Shown piece after piece: positions 28,846 to 38,696 of a DNA stretch of 38,696 nt. Made by a program: the position numbers and the translations under genes. The notes under the pieces are model-generated. The model was not told the DNA's origin. It did no database searches and worked only from the letters and a program-made list of their open reading frames with translations. Each line of letters begins with the position of its first letter. Position 1 is the stretch's first letter. The stretch lies in the sequence record SRR16203515_4851. The stretch is one strand, 5' to 3'.

Positions 28846-29826
28846 ATGTCCAAAGAAATAAATAAATACACACAAGATCACCAGTTTGCGCCGGCTTCGC
28901 CGGCAGACGACGAAATCGATCTTCGCGAACTCTTTTCAGTCATCTGGCAAGGGAAGTGGTTAATCATTGCGGTTACAGCTGTTTTTGCTATCGGTTCTGT
29001 TATTTTTGCCCTTTCACAGCCTAATACCTATAAGTCTCAAGCATTATTAGCTCCTGCAAGTGACGAGCAAGGCGGTGGACTAAGCGCATTAGCAGGACAG
29101 TTTGGTGGGTTAGCCAGTATGGCGGGCATTAACTTAGGTGCAGGTGGTGTTGATAAAACGCAGATGGCAATTGAGGTGATAAAGTCACGTCAATTCGCAA
29201 GTGATTTTATTAAGTCTCATAATATCTTGCCTGACTTAATGGCTGCGGAGAAATGGGATATGACAAATGATACGCTTTCCTATGATGCTGAAATATATGA
29301 CGCCCAAAATAAAGCATGGCTGCGAGAAGTTAAAGCACCGTTTAAGCCGGAACCTTCAATGCAAGAAGCTTATAAAGAATTCAGTAAAGTGATTTCAGTT
29401 AACTCCGCAAAAGATACCGGTATGGTAACTATATCTGTTGAGCATTTGTCTCCATCAGTTGCAAAACAATGGGTAGACTGGTTAATTCAAGACATTAATA
29501 AAGTCATGAAAGAGCGTGATGTTGCTGAAGCGATTAAAAGTAGTGAGTTTTTAAATAAACAGATCGCACTTACAAACGTAGCTGACATTCGTTCAATTCT
29601 TTATAAACTTATCGAAGAACAAGCTAAAACGATTATGTTTGCTGAAGTACGTGATGAATACGTATTTAAAACAATCGATCCAGCATTAGCTCCAGAAGAA
29701 AAAGCTGGCCCTAAAAGAGCGCTAATTTGTGTACTAGGTACTATGTTAGGCGGCATGCTAGCGGTAATGATTGTTTTAGTAAGACATTTCATTAGAAAAG
29801 AAGACGACCTAGGACCTAGGACCTAG
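28846..29826 (+). CDS. wzz: Wzz/PCP-family chain-length determinant
   Basis: DDEIDLRELFSVIWQGKW, two terminal TM helices and IDPALAPEEKAGPKRALI...GGMLAV. Confidence 0.93.
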   Translation: MSKEINKYTQDHQFAPASPADDEIDLRELFSVIWQGKWLIIAVTAVFAIGSVIFALSQPNTYKSQALLAPASDEQGGGLSALAGQFGGLASMAGINLGAGGVDKTQMAIEVIKSRQFASDFIKSHNILPDLMAAEKWDMTNDTLSYDAEIYDAQNKAWLREVKAPFKPEPSMQEAYKEFSKVISVNSAKDTGMVTISVEHLSPSVAKQWVDWLIQDINKVMKERDVAEAIKSSEFLNKQIALTNVADIRSILYKLIEEQAKTIMFAEVRDEYVFKTIDPALAPEEKAGPKRALICVLGTMLGGMLAVMIVLVRHFIRKEDDLGPRT

Positions 29827-29830
29827 GTCC
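29806..29830. repeat. (GACCTAG)x3 tandem heptamer ending in the palindrome GGACCTAGGTCC
   Basis: Units at 29806, 29813 and 29820; perfect 12-bp palindrome at 29819-29830. The third TAG is the wzz stop codon. Confidence 0.9.
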
Positions 29831-30146
29831 TTCTTTTATTTGCCTATTGGGACTGTTTCAAGATAAAGAACAGAAAAACAACGAAACCCAAGGTTTACAA
29901 GAGATAGCGCTTACTTTGAAATATCAGTGACTGTCTCAAAATGGATTAAAAGTGTCTCAGCCTGAATCTACAAGCTGAGATTGGTAAGTGTGAGCATTCA
30001 ATTAAAGCTATCTGTTTTATAAGCTTCATATCAAAAATGCCCAATCCTTTTTAAACGTACTTCAGGGATGAGAGCTAATCGATGAATTAATACCTTTGCT
30101 TTTTGTATCATCAAAGTTAAGCACGTTAAATACATAAAGGTAAATT

Positions 30147-31187
30147 ATGAGCGTTGGTCAAAAAATAAAGATAGCCGTTGTTGGTTGTGGTCGTATATCG
30201 AAAAATCACTTTGGCTCTATTGAGCAGTTAGATAAAGAGTTTGAGTTGGTTGCTGTATGTGACAACAATCCTACAGTATTAGCAGAACACACTGCACAGT
30301 ACAAAGTTTCGGGTTACCTATCGCTTGATGAATTACTCGAAAAAGAAGATGTAGATCTTGTCACCCTATGTACACCAAGTGGTATTCATGCATCACAAAC
30401 AATCAAAGCTGCGAATGCTAAGGTTCACGTGATCACTGAAAAACCTATGGCTACTAAGTGGGAAGATGGTCTTGCGATGGTCAGAGCATGCGATGAAGCT
30501 GGTGTTAGGTTGTTTGTCGTAAAACAGAATCGTCGAAATTCAACTTTACAATTACTCAAGCGAGCTGCAGATGAAAAACGCTTTGGTAAAGTACATATGG
30601 TACATATCAATGTATTTTGGAGTCGACCTCAGGAATATTATGACCGAGCATCTTGGTCTGGCACATGGGATATGGACGGTGGTGCGTTCATGAATCAGGC
30701 GACCCATTATGTAGACCTACTACACTGGGTTGTTGGACCGGTAGAAAAAGTACATGCAATTACATCAACTCACAGAGATATTGATGTCGAAGACACTGGA
30801 GTCGTCAATTTTAAGTGGCGCAATGGTGCATTAGGCTCCATGGCTGTGACAATGTGTACATATCCTCAAAACCTTGAAGGTTCGATCACCATTCTTGGTG
30901 AAAAAGGCACTGTTCGGATTGGTGGTGTGGCTGTTAACGACATTCAAGAGTGGTCATTTAGCGAAAGTCGAGACTACGACAGCGAAATTGATAGTGCAAA
31001 TTATCAAACATCTTCTGTATATGGTTTTGGACACCCTCCTTACTTTCAAAATGTTGCAGATGTTTTACGTGGTAAAGCCGAACCTGAAACGGATGGTAGA
31101 GAAGGCTTAAAATCACTTGAGTTACTCATTAGTATCTATCGTTCTTCGAGAGACAGTAAAGAAATTGGTTTACCACTAAATTTATAA
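30147..31187 (+). CDS. Gfo/Idh/MocA oxidoreductase, WlbA-type UDP-GlcNAcA 3-dehydrogenase
   Basis: VVGCGRISKNH, CTPSGIH, TEKPMA, VVKQNRRN, GGAFMNQATHYVD and SVYGFGHP resemble Bordetella WlbA. Confidence 0.85.
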   Translation: MSVGQKIKIAVVGCGRISKNHFGSIEQLDKEFELVAVCDNNPTVLAEHTAQYKVSGYLSLDELLEKEDVDLVTLCTPSGIHASQTIKAANAKVHVITEKPMATKWEDGLAMVRACDEAGVRLFVVKQNRRNSTLQLLKRAADEKRFGKVHMVHINVFWSRPQEYYDRASWSGTWDMDGGAFMNQATHYVDLLHWVVGPVEKVHAITSTHRDIDVEDTGVVNFKWRNGALGSMAVTMCTYPQNLEGSITILGEKGTVRIGGVAVNDIQEWSFSESRDYDSEIDSANYQTSSVYGFGHPPYFQNVADVLRGKAEPETDGREGLKSLELLISIYRSSRDSKEIGLPLNL

Positions 31188-31205
31188 TTTATAGAGATTA
31201 CAGTA

Positions 31206-33436
<2,231 letters not shown>

Positions 33437-33446
33437 GTGGGAAATT

Positions 33447-33480
33447 AAGGCTGCTATTTAAATAGTAGTCTTTTATTTTT
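33447..33480 (+). terminator. Terminator-like hairpin inside the polysaccharide operon
   Basis: AAGGCTGCTAT-TTAA-ATAGTAGTCTT (11 bp, two G-U) followed by TTATTTTT. Confidence 0.55.
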
Positions 33481-33492
33481 GAGGGACAGGTT

Positions 33493-34077
33493 ATGAGCTA
33501 CTTTAAACACGATACAGCTATTGTTGATGATGGTGCTGTAATTGGTGAAGAAAGCAGAGTATGGCATTGGGCACATGTTTGCTCTGGAGCTAAAATTGGT
33601 GCTGGAGTATCTTTAGGACAAAATGTTTTTGTTGGCAATAAAGTCACCATAGCTGATAAGTGTAAAATCCAAAACAATGTGTCTGTTTACGATAATGTGC
33701 ATTTGGAAGAAGGTGTTTTTTGTGGGCCAAGTATGGTTTTTACAAATGTATATAACCCTCGCTCCCTTGTAGAACGTAAGGACGAGTACAGAGATACACT
33801 AGTAAAAAAAGGTGCAACGTTAGGCGCTAATTGTACCATTGTTTGTGGAATTACTATTGGCGAATTCGCCTTTATAGGTGCAGGTACAGTTGCTAATAAA
33901 GATGTTAAACCGTTTGCGTTAATGGTTGGAGTTCCCGCAAAACAAATTGGATGGATGAGCGCATATGGTGAAAAGTTAGATTTACCTTTAGCGGGCTCGG
34001 CAGAAATAACTTGTCCACATACTAATGATATTTATTCGTTAGTAGAAGATAAACTAATACGTACAGAATTTAATTAG
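33493..34077 (+). CDS. wbpD: Hexapeptide-repeat N-acetyltransferase WbpD/WlbB
   Basis: [43 protein letters not shown] and [11 protein letters not shown]. Confidence 0.92.
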   Translation: MSYFKHDTAIVDDGAVIGEESRVWHWAHVCSGAKIGAGVSLGQNVFVGNKVTIADKCKIQNNVSVYDNVHLEEGVFCGPSMVFTNVYNPRSLVERKDEYRDTLVKKGATLGANCTIVCGITIGEFAFIGAGTVANKDVKPFALMVGVPAKQIGWMSAYGEKLDLPLAGSAEITCPHTNDIYSLVEDKLIRTEFN

Positions 34078-34092
34078 AGTAAGAGTATTAAA

Positions 34093-35166
34093 ATGCAGTT
34101 TATTGATCTTGAAGCGCAGTATTTACATTTAAAAGAAAAAATTGACGCTCGCATACACAAAGTGCTTGACCATGGGCAATACATTATGGGACCAGAGGTT
34201 AGAGAACTTGAAGATAAATTAGCTGAATATGTTGGCGTTAAACATGCCATTACTTGTGCTAATGGAACTGATGCACTTACGCTAGCAATGATGGTACTTG
34301 GTGTTAAAAAAGGCGATGCTGTTTTTTGCCCTACATTCACTTTTTTCGCGACCGCGGAAACGATTGCTTACGAAGAAGCAACACCAGTGTTTGTAGATTC
34401 AGATGAAAGTACATTTAATATTTGTCCAATAGATTTAGAAGCACGAATTCAAAAGGTAATAGAAGAGGGGAAGCTCACGCCAAAAGCAATTATCTCTGTT
34501 GATTTATTTGGTTTACCTGCAAATTATCCTGAGATTGAACGCATTGCTAAAAAATATGATTTGAAATTAATCGAGGATGCGGCTCAAGGCTTTGGTGGTT
34601 CTATAAATGGTAAAATGGCTGGTAGCTTTGGCGATATAGCCACAACTAGTTTCTTTCCGGCAAAGCCATTAGGTTGTTATGGTGATGGTGGGGCAATCTT
34701 TACTAACAACGATGAATATGCGGCGTTACTTCGTTCATACTGCGTACACGGTAAAGGTGCTGATAAATACGATAATGTACGTATTGGGATGAATAGTCGT
34801 TTAGATACAATTCAAGCAGCTATTTTGCTAGAGAAGTTAGCTGAGTTTCCAACTGAATTGATTGCTCGTCAACAGCTTGCAGATAAATACGAAGCGGAAC
34901 TTAAAGAGCGGTTTATTACGCCTCAAGTGCCTGAAGGTTACACTAGTTCTTGGGCACAATATACTGTTTGTTGTGATGATAGAGAAACTGAGATGCATTT
35001 CTATCAGCAGAAAGGTATTCCTACTATGGTCTATTACCGTACTTGTATGCATCAACAAACAGCATTCTCCTATTTAGATTATAAAGTAGGTGACTTCCCT
35101 GTAGCAGAGAGGCTTTCTAAAGTTGTATTAAGCTTACCTATGCACGGTTATTCAACTAATGGTTAA
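34093..35166 (+). CDS. DegT/DnrJ PLP aminotransferase WbpE/WlbC-like
   Basis: MQFIDL, YIMGPEV, ANGTDAL, IEDAAQ, SFFPAKPLGCYGDGG and NSRLDTIQAA. Confidence 0.92.
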   Translation: MQFIDLEAQYLHLKEKIDARIHKVLDHGQYIMGPEVRELEDKLAEYVGVKHAITCANGTDALTLAMMVLGVKKGDAVFCPTFTFFATAETIAYEEATPVFVDSDESTFNICPIDLEARIQKVIEEGKLTPKAIISVDLFGLPANYPEIERIAKKYDLKLIEDAAQGFGGSINGKMAGSFGDIATTSFFPAKPLGCYGDGGAIFTNNDEYAALLRSYCVHGKGADKYDNVRIGMNSRLDTIQAAILLEKLAEFPTELIARQQLADKYEAELKERFITPQVPEGYTSSWAQYTVCCDDRETEMHFYQQKGIPTMVYYRTCMHQQTAFSYLDYKVGDFPVAERLSKVVLSLPMHGYSTNG

Positions 35167-36406
35167 ACTTAGCGAGTTCAACAGGAATGTTGCAACCTTG
35201 CTCAGTGGAGGGGTAGTAGCACAAATTATCCCTCTATTAATCATTCCTATTTTAACTAGGTTATATACTCCAGACCAATTTGGTCTACTGGCGCTTTTTA
35301 TGTCAATTTGTATTACATTAGGTTCAATTGTTAACTTAAGATACGAAATGGCTATATTACTGCCGGATAAAGACGATGACGCCATGGTCGTTTTTTTTAT
35401 ATCCCTAATACTAGCAACGATAAATTCGTTGTTTTTGTTATTGGTAATAGTAATTTTTGAAGACAAAATAATAGAGCTCTCTGGGTTGAATGACTTTTCG
35501 GGAGTGCTAAAATTTGTGCCATTAGTCGTTTGGTTAATTGGCTTATATAATGCTGCTAACTGTCTTAATACTAGGTTTAAAAGATTTAAACTGATGGCAA
35601 CATCTAATATAGGTAAATCTAGCTCTTTAAGTGTAATGCAAGTAATGCTTGGATTATTGGATTTGACGAAGTTAGGTCTAGTTTTTGGATATATTCTATC
35701 CCATATCGTTTTGGTCTGGATTAGTTTTAGAAAAATTGCATTAGTAGACCTTAAAAGAGTCAACTTAGAATTGTTCACTGCTTTTTTAAAGCGATACAAG
35801 CAGTTCCCTCAGTTTTCTGTCATAGCTATATTGGCAAATAATTTATCAATATATATGATGAATTTTGTTGTAAATATTCTTTATGGAACTGCTTTGCTCG
35901 GCTTGTATTCATTTGCTCAAAGAATATTAGGCTTGCCGTCCTTGATTATAGGTAACTCTATAGGTCAGGTGTATTTTCAAAAGGCTAGTGAGGAAAGACG
36001 AGTTGTTGGCAATGCACTAGGTGCATTTGATAGTACGCTTAAAAAACTGTGCTTGATCAGCCTTTGTCTCTTTTTTCCTCTATATTTTTGTGTTGAATAC
36101 CTATTCCTTATCGTCTTTGGTCCTGAATGGCAAGTCGCTGGTGAGTATTGCAAAATATTGATGCCATATTTTGCTGTGAGATTTATAGCGGTAAGTCTGA
36201 GCAATACTAATAATGTATTTGAAAAGCAAAATATTGCTTTAATATGGCAGTGTGGACTTTTAGCCTTATCTATACTAATAAGTTATGTTTCTTATTTAAA
36301 TGGACTGAATATGGAAATATTTTTAGTTCTAATCAGTATTGCATTGTCTTCATATTATTTTTTGTTACTAATAATACTCAGGATGGTTGCTGGGAATAAA
36401 CTATGA
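35159..36406 (+). CDS. wzx: Oligosaccharide flippase Wzx
   Basis: Multi-TM protein with PILTRLYTPDQFG, LRYEMAI, RYKQFP and FGPEWQVAG. Confidence 0.88.
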   Translation: MVKLSEFNRNVATLLSGGVVAQIIPLLIIPILTRLYTPDQFGLLALFMSICITLGSIVNLRYEMAILLPDKDDDAMVVFFISLILATINSLFLLLVIVIFEDKIIELSGLNDFSGVLKFVPLVVWLIGLYNAANCLNTRFKRFKLMATSNIGKSSSLSVMQVMLGLLDLTKLGLVFGYILSHIVLVWISFRKIALVDLKRVNLELFTAFLKRYKQFPQFSVIAILANNLSIYMMNFVVNILYGTALLGLYSFAQRILGLPSLIIGNSIGQVYFQKASEERRVVGNALGAFDSTLKKLCLISLCLFFPLYFCVEYLFLIVFGPEWQVAGEYCKILMPYFAVRFIAVSLSNTNNVFEKQNIALIWQCGLLALSILISYVSYLNGLNMEIFLVLISIALSSYYFLLLIILRMVAGNKL

Positions 36407-37488
36407 AAATTGTATTTGCGGGAGATGTATTTCTCGGTGGTGATCTTAAAGGCAAAAGTTGTAAGAACATTGTTAATTCCAAGCCGTTTATCAATGCAGA
36501 CTACCGAGTGTTAAATTTAGAACAAGCAATCAGTGATAACAAAGATGTAGCGAATAAGTGCACATTACATACAGATTCTAGTTCAATTCAACAGCTGATT
36601 GACTTAAAAATAAATGCAGTCAATATTGCGAATAATCATATTCATGATAAAAATACTGCAGGAATAAATGATACTGTAAGGTTGTTATCTGGTGCCGGGA
36701 TTTCTTCGTTTGGTGCTGGTTCATGTCTAAGTCAAGCTAGAAAACCACATTACATTACCGATAAAATTGCGATTCTAGGTTATTGTGATTATGATCGACC
36801 GACTTTAAACCAGATACAAGTTGCAAATAGTAACCAAGCAGGAGTGGCTCCCCTTAGATATGATGTCGTTTATGAGGATTTAGCTGGTCTTCCAGACGGA
36901 GTTAAAGTCTTTCTTTATTTTCATTGGGGTACAGAGCATATTATTGGCCCATCTGTTGAAGAAAAGAATCTAGCTAAAAAACTACTAAATCATCCAAAGG
37001 TTATTGCTATATTTGGAATGCATGCTCACCGAATTCAAGGTGTTATCAAAGAGAATGATAAGCTGGCGTATATGTGTTTAGGAAATTTTATTTTTCCTAA
37101 TTTTTATATTAGCCCGCCGACACAAATCTTTTACCCTTCAGCTCAAGAAAAGAAAAATGTAAAGTTCGAGACTAGACTCTATTTAGAAGTGTTTAAAAAT
37201 ACCTATAAAAAGTGGTATCTAAAAAATAGAGTTTCCATGTATATCGAATACGATACAGAAACAAATAAAATTGAACATCACTTTGTAAAGCAAGATGATA
37301 ATGACACAACGATCACAGACTTGAAAGGTATTCAAAAGTTTTTTTATTTAGTTAACTTCCATTGCTTATCGTCATTATATAAATTGCCAAATAGCATTTA
37401 TTCTGTTGTGCGTTTTATTAATCGGATATTTTTTAAAATATACTGGCGATTAAGAATTAAGTTGTTTCAGAAAATTCAAAGGTTATAG
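36403..37488 (+). CDS. CapA (PGA_cap) family metallophosphoesterase-fold protein
   Basis: FAGDV, NLE, ANNHIHD, HWGTE, GMHAH and LGNFIF motifs; no N-terminal signal or TM segment. Confidence 0.85.
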   Translation: MKIVFAGDVFLGGDLKGKSCKNIVNSKPFINADYRVLNLEQAISDNKDVANKCTLHTDSSSIQQLIDLKINAVNIANNHIHDKNTAGINDTVRLLSGAGISSFGAGSCLSQARKPHYITDKIAILGYCDYDRPTLNQIQVANSNQAGVAPLRYDVVYEDLAGLPDGVKVFLYFHWGTEHIIGPSVEEKNLAKKLLNHPKVIAIFGMHAHRIQGVIKENDKLAYMCLGNFIFPNFYISPPTQIFYPSAQEKKNVKFETRLYLEVFKNTYKKWYLKNRVSMYIEYDTETNKIEHHFVKQDDNDTTITDLKGIQKFFYLVNFHCLSSLYKLPNSIYSVVRFINRIFFKIYWRLRIKLFQKIQRL

Positions 37489-37490
37489 TA

Positions 37491-38663
37491 ATGTTTGTAG
37501 AAAAGACTACTTGCTCAGTTGTATTAGGCGGTCATGTAAATGCATACTCCATCGTCAAAGAGTTATATAGGTTTACAGATTCAAAAATAATATTGATTGA
37601 CTATGGGAAAAGTATAACTAGGCATAGTAATAAGTTAACGGAAGTTTTTACGACAGACAAAACAGAAGCGAATCTTTTACAATTGTTAAAAGAGATACAA
37701 TCCAAATACGGTAATATTGTACTCTTTCCTACAGATGACTTGCAATTGGAGCTTTTAAATTCGATTAGTAAGGATATAGTGCCTTTTTGCTATATTCCTT
37801 TTGCTACTGATTTGCTAGAACAACAACTTGATAAAAATAGTCAGTATAAAACTTGTGAAATAGTTGGTGTTCCATATCCTAAGACGTTTAATTTGGCTAC
37901 GACACACGATTTATCTTTCGTTTTCAACTTACAATTTCCAATAATTATAAAACCATCAACACGACAAGATCTTAACTCCTCTGTTTTTAGAACATTATAC
38001 CTGGATAATTCTGAAGAGTTTGAGGCCGAAACTCAACTGCTAACGGACTACATAAATAAAGGTGTAACATTTGTAGCATCTGAATATGTTCCTGGTGATG
38101 ATACAAACATCTTTGCGTATACATGTTTTATTGATAAAAATGGAGATATAAAGAATGAATGGATTGGTAAAAAACTGAATCAGTATCCGGATAATTACGG
38201 TGTAGTGGCTAGTGCGTCTAATGAGGCACCGGAAGAGATTAGGTTGTTAGGGAGAAAGATCGTTTTAGGGATGAATTGTCGAGGTATTGTTGAGCCTGAG
38301 TTTAAATTTGATGCAAGAGATAATAGTTTTAAACTGATGGAAGTAAACTTAAGATCTATGATGTGGCACAGGGTTGGGCATGTGAGCGGTGTTTATCTCC
38401 AATTGAGTCAATATAATGATGCGATTGGAAAACCTATTGAAAGATATGAACAGGATCTTAATATACGACACCACCTTATACTTATGCTTCATGAAATCCC
38501 TAATCTATTTTCGCGTAAAGGTTACTTCAAGTTTTTTATAAATAATTTATTCAAAAGTGACAAAAGCCATTGGATGGTATTTGATATTCATGATATCAAA
38601 CCATTTTTATATAGCTTACTTATACTGGCCAATTCAGTGAGAAAACTATGTTTAAAAAAATAG
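37491..38663 (+). CDS. ATP-grasp carboxylate-amine ligase (D-aspartate-ligase-like)
   Basis: FPTDD, LDK...VGVPYPKT, FPIIIKP, SEYVPG, EPEFKFD and LMEVNLR. Confidence 0.85.
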   Translation: MFVEKTTCSVVLGGHVNAYSIVKELYRFTDSKIILIDYGKSITRHSNKLTEVFTTDKTEANLLQLLKEIQSKYGNIVLFPTDDLQLELLNSISKDIVPFCYIPFATDLLEQQLDKNSQYKTCEIVGVPYPKTFNLATTHDLSFVFNLQFPIIIKPSTRQDLNSSVFRTLYLDNSEEFEAETQLLTDYINKGVTFVASEYVPGDDTNIFAYTCFIDKNGDIKNEWIGKKLNQYPDNYGVVASASNEAPEEIRLLGRKIVLGMNCRGIVEPEFKFDARDNSFKLMEVNLRSMMWHRVGHVSGVYLQLSQYNDAIGKPIERYEQDLNIRHHLILMLHEIPNLFSRKGYFKFFINNLFKSDKSHWMVFDIHDIKPFLYSLLILANSVRKLCLKK

Positions 38664-38696
38664 TGTCAAAAATTAAAGCTTATATATATATATATA
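38648..38696 (+). CDS. Probable 5' end of the next polysaccharide gene (partial)
   Basis: ATG 38648 overlaps the previous gene, as other genes in this block do. It reads MFKKIVSKIKAYIYIY and stays open to the window edge. Confidence 0.4.
   Translation, partial: MFKKIVSKIKAYIYIY
38681..38696. repeat. (TA)8 dinucleotide tract at the window edge
   Basis: TATATATATATATATA; may continue beyond the window. Confidence 0.9.

Noticed and set aside
29831-30146. Possible pseudogene in the 320-bp gap after wzz
   Set aside because: Manual translation gave only short frames with no recognisable similarity; only a small TCTCAGC/GCTGAGA hairpin was seen.
35152-35799. 215-aa antisense ORF, and other short ORFs in the track overlapping known genes (e.g. 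22123-22644, 12554-12940)
   Set aside because: They are shadows of well-supported genes, with no recognisable motifs.
36403-37488. Poly-gamma-glutamate capsule operon
   Set aside because: No CapB (Mur-ligase fold) or CapC nearby, and the CapA-like protein has no membrane anchor.

Overview
Chromosomal window from a gammaproteobacterium, most likely Shewanella (inferred from gene order and protein features). 1-17367 is the end of the polar flagellar/chemotaxis cluster: fliN (partial), fliOPQR, flhB, flhA, flhF, flhG, fliA, cheY, cheZ, cheA, cheB, a membrane hypothetical, ParA/ParC, ParP-like CheW, cheW and DUF2802 (fipA). A sigma54 site precedes flhA and a sigma28 site precedes cheW. 17432-19614 (minus strand) is a sigma28-promoter-led pair: a FliK-like hypothetical and a stand-alone FlhB C-terminal protein. 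Next come mlaA/vacJ, an RssB-like response regulator and a POT peptide transporter. From 23987 to the end is an RfaH/ops-controlled surface polysaccharide locus: rfaH, a ~1 kb structured leader with JUMPstart/ops, an SLBB export protein, a four-helix-bundle gene embedded in direct and inverted repeats, wzz ending in a (GACCTAG)3 palindromic repeat, a 2,3-diacetamido-uronic acid pathway with two different 3-dehydrogenases, and an AT-rich block (wzx, CapA-family, ATP-grasp ligase). The window ends in a (TA)8 tract inside a probable next gene. The best candidates for undescribed biology are the repeat-flanked four-helix-bundle module and the CapA plus ATP-grasp modification pair. No rRNA, tRNA, CRISPR array or transposase was seen.
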